Below, in pieces: positions 18,012-26,475 of a stretch of DNA of 64,000 nucleotides. Source of the DNA: Armatimonadia bacterium (GTDB lineage Bacteria > Armatimonadota > Zipacnadia > Zipacnadales > UBA11051). Position 1 is the first letter of the stretch. Each line of letters begins with the position of its first letter. The position numbers and the translations under genes were made by a program. Where the stretch lies: positions 27,698 to 91,697 of the forward strand of contig JBDKRC010000027.1 in assembly GCA_039683575.1 (NCBI GenBank). Direction: 5' to 3'. The notes beneath the pieces are model-generated. The model was given only the letters and a program-made list of their open reading frames with translations, searched no databases and was not told where the DNA came from.

Positions 18012-19355
18012 CTACTTCGCTGGGAAGACGCCCATCAGGGCTTCTACGAAGAGTTCGTGGCCGCGAGCGTCGGGGTGGTTGATCCAGTTGGCTTCGTAAG
18101 TGATGTATGGGATGCCCTGGCGCCAGAGGCGGCACCATAGCGCTGAGCCGTCGGCGAGGGCGATGTTGTTTTCGCGGGCGAAGGCTTTCAGGTCGCGGAC
18201 ATACGGGCGGGGGTCCTCGTCGAAGCGCGCTTCGGTGACCTTCATCCAGTCCGGGCGCGTGAGGTGGGGGGCGATGAGGATGACTTCGGCTCCGGTGCCG
18301 GTGATCTGGGCCATGATCTCTGTGTACTGCTTATTGAGAGCGTCGCCATTGAGCCAGGCGTCATTGACGAACTCAATCGTGACCAGGTCGGGCTTGGGCT
18401 CTAGCACGTCGCGCACAAAGTCCTTTTCGCTGCCGCGGGGCTGGGCCATGTAGGTACGGCTGTCCCGGCCGCCCCAGCCTGCGGTGCGAAGCTCGATCTG
18501 CGCCTGCGGGAAGCGCTTGCGAAGCTCGGCAGCGAAGCGGTTCTGGTACCACAACTCGGTCTGGTTGCCGACGCCGCCGCCACAGGTGACGCTGTCGCCC
18601 CAGGCGATGATGAGCACCTTCTCGCCCTTGCGCAGCTTGGCGAGGGTCTTGGGCAGCAGCTTCTCGGCCTGCGCCTCGGCGGTCACTGGCACCGTCGGCT
18701 CGATCGGATAGAGATTCGCGTCGGCGAGCTTAGTGGTCGGTCCGGACAGCCAGACGTTGGCGATGGCGGTTTCGCCGGCGGACGGCGTGGGCGGCTTGGC
18801 AAGGTTGGCGGCAGGGGTGCCTGGGACGACCTTTAGCTGGCCGTTGGCCTCTACCACGATGCTATCGAGGCGACAGGGGACGTAGTCGTAGTCGAGATAT
18901 ACCTTCTGCTTCTCGGCGATGCGGCTGCCTTCGATGCGGCCGAGGGCGGTCCAGTAGCTCTCCAGACCGTAGTCTTTGTCGAGTACGAAGGCCTCGGCGT
19001 CTCCGGGACCGGACTTCACCTTCAAGCTGCCTTCCACCAGCAACCCGGTGCAGACGCACTCCTGGGCGGCGAGGGGGCGCGGGTGCAGGCCGCGGCGATA
19101 CGGGGCGGCTTTGGGGTCGAACATCGGCAGGCTGGCGTACTCCTCGTCGCGTACGGAAACGGCCTGCGGGGGAGCTATGGTCACTACGACGGGTTGGGCG
19201 ACGTTGATGGCACGTCCGCCGAGGTTGACCTGTCCAGGGCCGACGCGCACCTGCCAATCACCGGATACCTCAATAGGCATGCCTTTGTGGGCGGGCATGG
19301 CGGAGACGAGAGTTGCGGCCAGGAGGGTAAGGGCGAGGGTTGTCCAGAGGTGCAT
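18012..19355 (-). CDS. Secreted SGNH/GDSL hydrolase
   Basis: Signal peptide; GDSVT, EFVND and NHPD..GH blocks. Confidence 0.85.
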   Translation of the reverse strand: MHLWTTLALTLLAATLVSAMPAHKGMPIEVSGDWQVRVGPGQVNLGGRAINVAQPVVVTIAPPQAVSVRDEEYASLPMFDPKAAPYRRGLHPRPLAAQECVCTGLLVEGSLKVKSGPGDAEAFVLDKDYGLESYWTALGRIEGSRIAEKQKVYLDYDYVPCRLDSIVVEANGQLKVVPGTPAANLAKPPTPSAGETAIANVWLSGPTTKLADANLYPIEPTVPVTAEAQAEKLLPKTLAKLRKGEKVLIIAWGDSVTCGGGVGNQTELWYQNRFAAELRKRFPQAQIELRTAGWGGRDSRTYMAQPRGSEKDFVRDVLEPKPDLVTIEFVNDAWLNGDALNKQYTEIMAQITGTGAEVILIAPHLTRPDWMKVTEARFDEDPRPYVRDLKAFARENNIALADGSALWCRLWRQGIPYITYEANWINHPDARGHELFVEALMGVFPAK

Positions 19356-19411
19356 AATGGGGCTCCTGTGACGGTGGTGTGGGTTCGAGACGCACCCAAC
19401 TACGCGTTAAG

Positions 19412-20365
19412 CTAGAGCGGAGTGACCTGGGCCGCCTCGACGCCGCCATGTTCCTTGAGGAAGCGTTCTACTTCGCGGCGGCGCGGGAGACTTGGCTGGG
19501 CACCGAATTGCGTGCAGGCAAGCGCCCCGCAGGCGTTGCCGAAAGCGAGAGCGTGGTTGACGGGCAGGCCCTCCGCCAGGGCTACTCCAAGCCCGGCGGC
19601 AAAGGCGTCGCCGGCACCGGTGGTGTCTACTACGCACACCGAGTAGCCGGACACGAGGCGGCAGCCGTCGGGGTCGCAGACGATGCAGCCATCCGGGCCG
19701 CGCTTGACGATGGCGATTTTCACGCCCTGCGCGTGGATCTCGCGGGCGGCTTTGGCGGCGGTGGCGTGATCGGTTACTTCGTACCCGAGCACGGCCTCGG
19801 CCTCAGTCTCGTTGGGCGTGAGGATAGTCGCCTTGTTCCAGTTCTTCGGGAGCTTGCCCATGGCGGGCGTGGGGTCCATCAGGACTGGCGTCTGGCCACT
19901 GATCGCAATTTCGACGAACAGCTCCACGCTCTCCAGCGGAACGGCGAACTGGACCAGAGCGATATCTGCCTGACGGATAACCGGTGTGGCATCATCAACG
20001 TAGCGCGGGGCACACTCGAGATTGGCGCCGCCGACCGAGAGAATGCTGTTCTGGCCGTCAGGCGAGAGCGCGATAAAGGCCGAACCGGTGGCCACATCAT
20101 CGTCGGAGCCGATGTACCGGGTCTCGACGCCCTCCCGGCGGAGATTGTCGAGGAGTTGCGGGCCGAAGCAATCCTGCCCGACGCGGCCGATGAGAGTGGT
20201 CTGTGCGCCCAGACGGGCGGCCGTAACGGCCTGGTTGGCACCTTTGCCGCCGGCCACGAACTTGAGGTCCGTGCCCAGCAGGGTCTCGCCGGGACGCGGC
20301 ATGCGCTCGGCGCGCATGACGAAGTCCTGGTTGATGTTGCCTAGTACCGCCACTTTGGGAGCCAT
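19412..20365 (-). CDS. rbsK: Ribokinase
   Basis: GGKGANQA, PNETEA and DTTGAGDAF motifs; start MAPKVAVLG. Confidence 0.92.
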   Translation of the reverse strand: MAPKVAVLGNINQDFVMRAERMPRPGETLLGTDLKFVAGGKGANQAVTAARLGAQTTLIGRVGQDCFGPQLLDNLRREGVETRYIGSDDDVATGSAFIALSPDGQNSILSVGGANLECAPRYVDDATPVIRQADIALVQFAVPLESVELFVEIAISGQTPVLMDPTPAMGKLPKNWNKATILTPNETEAEAVLGYEVTDHATAAKAAREIHAQGVKIAIVKRGPDGCIVCDPDGCRLVSGYSVCVVDTTGAGDAFAAGLGVALAEGLPVNHALAFGNACGALACTQFGAQPSLPRRREVERFLKEHGGVEAAQVTPL

Positions 20366-20380
20366 ACTGCCCTCGCCTGA

Positions 20381-20435
20381 TGCAGGAATGATCACATTGG
20401 TGAGCGTTCCTGCAGGAGTGGTCACATTGGTGAGC
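20381..20435. repeat. 25-bp direct repeat x2 (period 30) upstream of rbsK
   Basis: tgcaggaatgatcacattggtgagc and tgcaggagtggtcacattggtgagc. Confidence 0.85.
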
Positions 20436-21212
20436 CTACAGGCCCGTGCGGGTGAGCGTGAGGCCGACGTTGATGCGATCCCAATCTACTACGCCCAGCA
20501 TGCCGATGAGGTGGAACTGTTCGCCACTGTGCCACAGATCGTACGCGGTGCCGAAGTTGGGGTTCCAGCCGTCATATTCGCCAAAGAGCTTCCAGCGGGG
20601 CTGTGGCTGGTAGCTAACGCCGCCAAAGGGGCGGTTGTGGAAGCGGCCGTTGCCGTAGCCCAGGGTGTAGTACATGGGCTTTTCCTCGGTTCCGGCTTCG
20701 CGGGTGGCGACGATGAAGAATGACTTCCCGGCGCCTTCGCCAGGCCGCGCCACGGTGGCAGAGCGCTCGTTGAACAGATCTACGACGCCGACGGAGATGC
20801 CAGGGTGATTGGCAGTTTCGCGCTTGACCTGGAACTGCACGTTGTAGGCGGATTCGAGGCTGCCGCCGTTGCCGGTGCCCATATCCATGAGCCAGAGAGC
20901 GTGCTCGCCGAAGAGGCCCAGGCCCCAGGCAAACGTGCCGTTGACGTCGTCGCCTTCCCAATCTGTGGGGAAGTTGCCGGTGAAGTCCGCGACGGAAGCG
21001 GCAAAGCTGTAGTTGCCCGCGCCGGGGGTATAGCCGACGGGGATATTCATCTGGAAGGCGCCATCGAAGCCGGCATGGCCGGCAGGATCCACTCCGTAGC
21101 CGCCGCCGGGCAGCCCGGAGGAGTAGCGGAACTCGGGAAATTCTCTGAATTCATCGGCCCAGACGGGGGCAGAGAGGGCTGCGACTACGGTAACGATGAG
21201 AAAATAACGCAT
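20436..21212 (-). CDS. Secreted, probable outer-membrane beta-barrel-like protein (YjbH-like)
   Basis: Signal peptide; amphipathic beta strands; EYDGWNPNFG. Confidence 0.55.
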   Translation of the reverse strand: MRYFLIVTVVAALSAPVWADEFREFPEFRYSSGLPGGGYGVDPAGHAGFDGAFQMNIPVGYTPGAGNYSFAASVADFTGNFPTDWEGDDVNGTFAWGLGLFGEHALWLMDMGTGNGGSLESAYNVQFQVKRETANHPGISVGVVDLFNERSATVARPGEGAGKSFFIVATREAGTEEKPMYYTLGYGNGRFHNRPFGGVSYQPQPRWKLFGEYDGWNPNFGTAYDLWHSGEQFHLIGMLGVVDWDRINVGLTLTRTGL

Positions 21213-21263
21213 GGGGGGACTTCCTCCTGAATCGATGGTGGTAGCTTAATGCGGGGGCAGGTG

Positions 21264-22220
21264 TCAGTCAACATCTTCTATGACTACCCGCTCCAGGGCG
21301 TGAATAAGCTCGGCCTCGAGATCACGTATGTCACCGAGATCATCCCGGCGCTGGTCAAGCCAGTCACGATCCTCCGGGAGGCCGGCCGGTTCGATGATCT
21401 CGGGGGCGACTTGTAGGGCTTCGAGGCGAGTGACGATGCGCTGGGCCAGGGCGGCGGTCTCTTCGAGAGGCTCGGTGGCGTGCTGAACCAGCTCAGAGGT
21501 GTCGGCAAGGAAGGCCGCGGCGGCGTCACGGGCTTCGATCAAGCCAGAGAGCAGTAGCTGTTCAGCCAGAAAGCGCTCAAGACGGGTCAGAGGCGGGCCA
21601 TACGGCTCCTCGGCCGCCAGAATACCGGACCAATGGGCGTACTGAACCTGGGCGTGGTGCAGAAGAGGCAGAGCGCGGACTAGCGTTGCCAGTGCCAGCG
21701 CGTCCGGGGGAGACCCCGGCGCTGGATCACCCAGCAGGAGAAGCAGATCGACCTGCGGAGGGTGGCGGTCGAGACGGCGGCCCTCGTAGGCGTAACCGAG
21801 GAGGTCTTCACCCTGCGCGCCGGCGAGGAGGGACCAGGCGGTGGGGTTGGCGCCCCAGCCGAGAGCGAGGACGGGACGACCGGCAGTGATCTCGGCGCGC
21901 ACGCAGTCTTCGACCACGGCGGGAGTGGGCGAGACGAGTAGCGTGGAGCGGTGGCCAAGAGCCTCAAGGGCCTCCACGAGCGGCAGAGAGGGGTCGAGTG
22001 ACGGGAGAAAGCCGTCAGTGAGGTCGAGAGTGAAGGCCGCGCCGGTGACGGCCATGAGGGCGTCGTAGGTGACGGTCTGCTTGAGGTGGTTGAGGGCCAG
22101 ACACAGGGCGGCAACCAGCGACGAGCGGCCGTCGGCGCGAGTGGGGGCGCGGAGGCCGTCGAGGAGTTGAAGGTTGTCGTTGAGGCCCTGGTCGGGGCCG
22201 TCAAAGAGGCGTCTGAGCAT
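21264..22220 (-). CDS. Hypothetical protein
   Basis: Long ORF co-oriented with its neighbours; YDALMAVTGAAF segment. Confidence 0.65.
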   Translation of the reverse strand: MLRRLFDGPDQGLNDNLQLLDGLRAPTRADGRSSLVAALCLALNHLKQTVTYDALMAVTGAAFTLDLTDGFLPSLDPSLPLVEALEALGHRSTLLVSPTPAVVEDCVRAEITAGRPVLALGWGANPTAWSLLAGAQGEDLLGYAYEGRRLDRHPPQVDLLLLLGDPAPGSPPDALALATLVRALPLLHHAQVQYAHWSGILAAEEPYGPPLTRLERFLAEQLLLSGLIEARDAAAAFLADTSELVQHATEPLEETAALAQRIVTRLEALQVAPEIIEPAGLPEDRDWLDQRRDDLGDIRDLEAELIHALERVVIEDVD

Positions 22221-22273
22221 CGAGGACCTCAGGCGTGGCGTTAGCGGGCGCAGGTACAGAACGCACCGTACGG

Positions 22274-23455
22274 TTAGAAAGTGAACTCGTAGGTGACTTT
22301 GTCCACAGCCCCGGGCAGGCTCAGGATGCCGTCGGCAACAGTGTAACTCGTTGAAGGCTGCCCTCCACAGGTGGCGCTCTTGATGTTGGAGAGATTCAAG
22401 GCGCCAAGGTTGAGGCGGACATCTTTGGCTTGCTCGACGGTAACTGTCAGTCTGGCGGGCTGAGCGGGTTCGTTGTCCTTGGCCGGGGTAGCCGGAGCGA
22501 GGACCGCGTCACACCTGGCGAAGGTGTTGGGCGCGCCGGGGGCAACGTAGAGCCAGAAGTACCACTTGGCCTCGTCGGTGACGAGGTGCTGAGCCAGGGG
22601 GGCTGTACTGGGCTTGACCTGGCGAGAGAGCCATTCGAAGCCGCGCTCGGTGAGCATATCATGCCCGCCGGTCCAACTGTAGAACTCCGCCCGGTGCTTT
22701 AGAGGGCGCAAGACCTCATAGGTTTTCCATGATTGTGTAACCCAGATGGTCTGGTCCTTGTCGCCGTGACAGATCTGAAGGTTGGTGTTCGCCGCGTTGG
22801 TCAGGAAGGTGCGGGGGCTGCGGCGCAGGTACTCGAAGTCGACCTCAGCGCTGTCACCGGGCTTGCCACCCGCCACGGCCTCGATATGCGGGGCGTAGCC
22901 GTTTTGCTGGGCGTGCCAGTCTGAAAGGCTGCTGACAGGGCACCAGGCGGAGACGCCGGCCCAGATATCGGGGTACTTGCCGGCCATCATCAGTGACATG
23001 TGGCCGCCGCCGGAGCCGCCGATGATGTAGATGCGGCTCTCATCAACGCGGTAGGTGGACTTCATGTGGTTGACCGCATCGAGGATATCGTGCTGGGCCG
23101 GTAGCGACGCACCGGCCTCGCGCGGGGCGGGGTTGGTGGTGACATTCGCACCGCGGAAGTTTGGAAGGATCATCAGCCAGCCGTACCTGGCGCATAGTGG
23201 AGCCATGGCGGCAGTTTGCTGGCGGTAGTCGGCGGACCAGGTGTGGATGCCGACGAGTAGAGGCGTCGGTTTGGTCGCGTCGAGGTTTTCGGGGACACCG
23301 ACTATGACAGGCTGCTGCTTGCCATCTAGCGAGGACGTGAGAGTGACTTCGGTGAGAGCCATCCCCTTGACAGGGGGTAGATTTTGGGCGGAGGAATCCA
23401 CTATGAGACCGAGGGAAAAGATGACGACGAAGGCACTGAGAAGGTACGGGAGCAT
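22274..23455 (-). CDS. Secreted S9-like alpha/beta hydrolase
   Basis: Signal peptide; GGSGGG, HGDKD and GGHDM motifs. Confidence 0.8.
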   Translation of the reverse strand: MLPYLLSAFVVIFSLGLIVDSSAQNLPPVKGMALTEVTLTSSLDGKQQPVIVGVPENLDATKPTPLLVGIHTWSADYRQQTAAMAPLCARYGWLMILPNFRGANVTTNPAPREAGASLPAQHDILDAVNHMKSTYRVDESRIYIIGGSGGGHMSLMMAGKYPDIWAGVSAWCPVSSLSDWHAQQNGYAPHIEAVAGGKPGDSAEVDFEYLRRSPRTFLTNAANTNLQICHGDKDQTIWVTQSWKTYEVLRPLKHRAEFYSWTGGHDMLTERGFEWLSRQVKPSTAPLAQHLVTDEAKWYFWLYVAPGAPNTFARCDAVLAPATPAKDNEPAQPARLTVTVEQAKDVRLNLGALNLSNIKSATCGGQPSTSYTVADGILSLPGAVDKVTYEFTF

Positions 23456-23532
23456 GATTCTGGTCCTGAGATCGGGATTTTGGCACTATTTCAGGCAAAG
23501 GTATTAGGCATCGGGGGCTCTGTGGCCTCCCC

Positions 23533-23561
23533 TTGAAACGGATTTTCCGGTATACTATGTT
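23533..23561 (+). promoter_or_regulatory. Sigma70-type promoter of the GreA-domain gene
   Basis: TTGAAA-17 nt-TATGTT. Confidence 0.5.
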
Positions 23562-23630
23562 ACGTACGAAGGGACTCATGCCCCGAAAGAGGAATCATCC
23601 CCCCCGTCATCTGCCACCAAGGAGTCGTTT

Positions 23631-26291
23631 ATGTCTGATTTCCCCGAACTGTCCGCGCGCCTGCAAGCGCTCTTGCAGCAGGAAACTGAAGCACCCTCGA
23701 CCCTCAGCGCCGAGCAACGCCAGCAAATCACAGCGATCTTTGCCGAGGCCTGCGAGGACGACCGCCTCGAACTGGCGGCCGTCGTGCAGCGAGCCCTCGA
23801 CGAGCAACCCGGGCACCTACTCGCGCTTTACGCACGTGCGACCGCTGAGGAACTGGCGGAGGAGAAGGAATCCGCCGGGAACCTGTACCTGCAGATTGTG
23901 CAGGCTCTCGCCTCCCAGAAGGACTGGGAAGGCGTCTTGGCAGTTGCGGTGCAAGCCATGCCCATGAGCGGCGACTACCGCCTGGTACGGCTGGTGCGGC
24001 GTGCCGGGGAGAAGGGGAACCTTGACATCACGGCGGCGATGCAGGTGGCGCAGGAGGAGTGCGCGGACTCGCCGGATCTGCTGTGGGAGCAAAGTAGGGA
24101 AGCCGATGAACGGGGAGATATCGACGAGGGGCTGAAGCTGGCCCTGGCGGCCCTGGAGGGGTATGTGGGGCTGAAAGAGCCGGAACATGCCGAGGACCCG
24201 CTGCTGCGAGCGCTCGAGGCCAATGACGTGGCGACCTACGAGCGGCTGCTGGCGGTCATGCGCCGGATGGCGGCGGCCGGGCAGGTGGAACTGCTGAGCA
24301 CCGCGTTTGAGCTGGCCGAGGAGAAGCTGTTCGACCTGGACATGGCGGAGGACCTGGCCGACGCGCTGGTCTACATACTGGAGAAGCGGCCGGAGCTGGC
24401 GGAACTGCGGAAGCTGTACGCCCGGGCAATCATCAAGCCGCTCGGCGGCTATGACGCACTGCAGCAGGTGGCGGCAGAGACCGGGCTGGACAACCCCGCG
24501 GTGCCGATCGAGGATGCGCTGGCGGCGTTCCAGGAGGCGGCAGCCTTCAGCCCCGGGGCCTACGTAAGCCACCGCAGCTGGGGCGTGGGACGGATCACGC
24601 GGCACGAAGACGACGAGTTGACGATTGACTTTGAAGAGAAGCCACAGCACAAGATGGCCGCCCAGATGGCGAAGTCCGTGCTGCTGCCGCTATCGCGTGA
24701 TTCGCTGCAGGTTCAGCGGGCCACCGGCCTGGACGCGCTCAAGCGCGAGGCGGATGACAACCCCGCGAATATCGTATACCGGCTGATGATGGAGAGTGGC
24801 GGCGAGATCGTGACCCCGGACATCAAGATGCGACTCACGCCGTGGCTGGTGCGCGAGGAAGGGTGGTCAACCTGGTGGCGCAAGGCCCGCAAGGCCATTG
24901 AAGAGGACCGGCGGATCGACTCTTCGCAGGCCTTCCGGCATCTTTACCGCGAGGCGCAGCGGGGTGGGGAACCGGAAGTGCCGCTGCTCAACCTTGACCC
25001 GCGCAAGGGGATCAAGGGCGCCATTTCGATGATTCATAAGCTGCTATCGCAGCACCCGCAGACCAATGAGCGGGCTAAGATGCACTATGGCCGAACTCTG
25101 CGCGACTGGCTCAAGGATACCCACAAGCTTGAAGACTGGGTACGGGCGCTGCCGCTGATGGAGCGCTGGTACCCCGAGCGTGAGGCGGAGTGGCTGGTAG
25201 AGGCTGAGAAGGCGCTGCCGAGCGTGCCACTGACGCTGGCAGGCGAAGAACCCGACCAGATGGTGCTCCTGGAACTGGGCCTCAAGAGCAGGGCATGGAA
25301 GGATGCAGCTTTCTCCGCCTTGTCCTCGCGGTTTGACTCAGTCAAGGAGAAAGGCCTGCAGGTCCTTGGCGAGCGGGCGCGGGACACTTTGTGGGAGGAT
25401 TTCACTGATCTTCTGACCACCGCGGGGCACTACCAGCAGAAGATGGCCGTGGCGGAGATGATCCTGAATAAGGAACTCACGCGCGATGACACTGGCGACG
25501 AACTGCCCATTGATCCGTGGATTCTGCTTCATGCGACGCTGTCGGTGGTTGCCAGCAAGTCAGCGCATGCCGGCCGCGGCATGGCAAACAGGCTGCTGAA
25601 GGCGGCGGGACCGCTGGTGGAGGCGTTGAAGGGCCGCGAGCTGTCGGAGGAGATGAACGAGATCTTCAACACCTTCCGGCGCCGGCCACTCGAGGGTGAG
25701 GTGCAACTGGCGGTGGAGGCGCTCTTGCAGGCGGTCGAAAAGGCAGAACTGGCGCATGACATCCTCAGAATTCACCAGCCGTACCAGGAAGATGAGGCGA
25801 AGCCGCCGGAACTGGACCCGCGTCTCACGCTGATGACTCGGCAGACGCTCGAAACACAGACTGAGCGGATGCGCGAGATGGAACACCAACTGGCCGTCGA
25901 GATCCCGCAGGAGATTGCCAAGGCGCGGGCCCTGGGCGACCTGAGCGAGAACGCCGAGTACCATGCGGCGCGCGAGCGGCAGGGCATTACCAAGGCGCTG
26001 TACGACAACCTGCTGGCGCAGATGGAAACGGCACTGGCGATTGAGGACGTACACCGTGCACCGGGCGTGGCCGGAGTAGGCAAAGAGGTGCGGCTGCGTG
26101 AGGTGGAGAGCGGCGAGGAGCAGTCGGTATGGGTACTCGGTGAAGGCGACACGCAGTATGGCCACGAGGTAGTGTCCTACAAGGCTCCTCTAGGCCAGGC
26201 GCTCGTGGGCAAGAAGGTTGGGGACGTGGCGCAGGTTGGCGAGGACGGGCCGCAGTACGAGGTTCTGGCGATTGAGGAGAAGATGCCGTAA
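23631..26291 (+). CDS. greA: Large (886 aa) GreA/GreB-domain transcription elongation factor
   Basis: C-terminal ARALGDLSENAEYHAAR and SYKAPLGQALVGKKVGD; central HRSWGVG and W..WW.KARK motifs. Confidence 0.8.
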   Translation: MSDFPELSARLQALLQQETEAPSTLSAEQRQQITAIFAEACEDDRLELAAVVQRALDEQPGHLLALYARATAEELAEEKESAGNLYLQIVQALASQKDWEGVLAVAVQAMPMSGDYRLVRLVRRAGEKGNLDITAAMQVAQEECADSPDLLWEQSREADERGDIDEGLKLALAALEGYVGLKEPEHAEDPLLRALEANDVATYERLLAVMRRMAAAGQVELLSTAFELAEEKLFDLDMAEDLADALVYILEKRPELAELRKLYARAIIKPLGGYDALQQVAAETGLDNPAVPIEDALAAFQEAAAFSPGAYVSHRSWGVGRITRHEDDELTIDFEEKPQHKMAAQMAKSVLLPLSRDSLQVQRATGLDALKREADDNPANIVYRLMMESGGEIVTPDIKMRLTPWLVREEGWSTWWRKARKAIEEDRRIDSSQAFRHLYREAQRGGEPEVPLLNLDPRKGIKGAISMIHKLLSQHPQTNERAKMHYGRTLRDWLKDTHKLEDWVRALPLMERWYPEREAEWLVEAEKALPSVPLTLAGEEPDQMVLLELGLKSRAWKDAAFSALSSRFDSVKEKGLQVLGERARDTLWEDFTDLLTTAGHYQQKMAVAEMILNKELTRDDTGDELPIDPWILLHATLSVVASKSAHAGRGMANRLLKAAGPLVEALKGRELSEEMNEIFNTFRRRPLEGEVQLAVEALLQAVEKAELAHDILRIHQPYQEDEAKPPELDPRLTLMTRQTLETQTERMREMEHQLAVEIPQEIAKARALGDLSENAEYHAARERQGITKALYDNLLAQMETALAIEDVHRAPGVAGVGKEVRLREVESGEEQSVWVLGEGDTQYGHEVVSYKAPLGQALVGKKVGDVAQVGEDGPQYEVLAIEEKMP

Positions 26292-26333
26292 GGCAGGGCG
26301 TAGGGATCAGGGTCAGGAACGGATCAGACCGTC

Positions 26334-26406
26334 TGTCATCCTGAAGCCGCACGTCCGCGTGCGCAAAGTGAAGGATCTCGGTTAGCCACCCGGGATCCTT
26401 CGTCGC
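26334..26406. repeat. TGTCAT-type palindromic element (partial)
   Basis: tgtcatcctgaa...gtgaaggatc...gatccttcg; related to 37940-38004. Confidence 0.5.
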
Positions 26407-26475
26407 ATACGGGGCCTCTCGGGCTGACAGGCGGACGACTGGTAACACGGAATATCGAGACGGCTGGAGGGTGTC

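Noticed and set aside
19370-19405. tRNA fragment (GGGTTCGAGAC resembles a T-loop)
   Set aside because: No cloverleaf can be formed. It is a short intergenic REP-like hairpin.
23540-23566. dif site (GGTATA-CTATGTTACGT resembles spacer plus XerD arm)
   Set aside because: There is no XerC-like arm. The sequence is better explained as the -10 region of a TTGAAA-17-TATGTT promoter.
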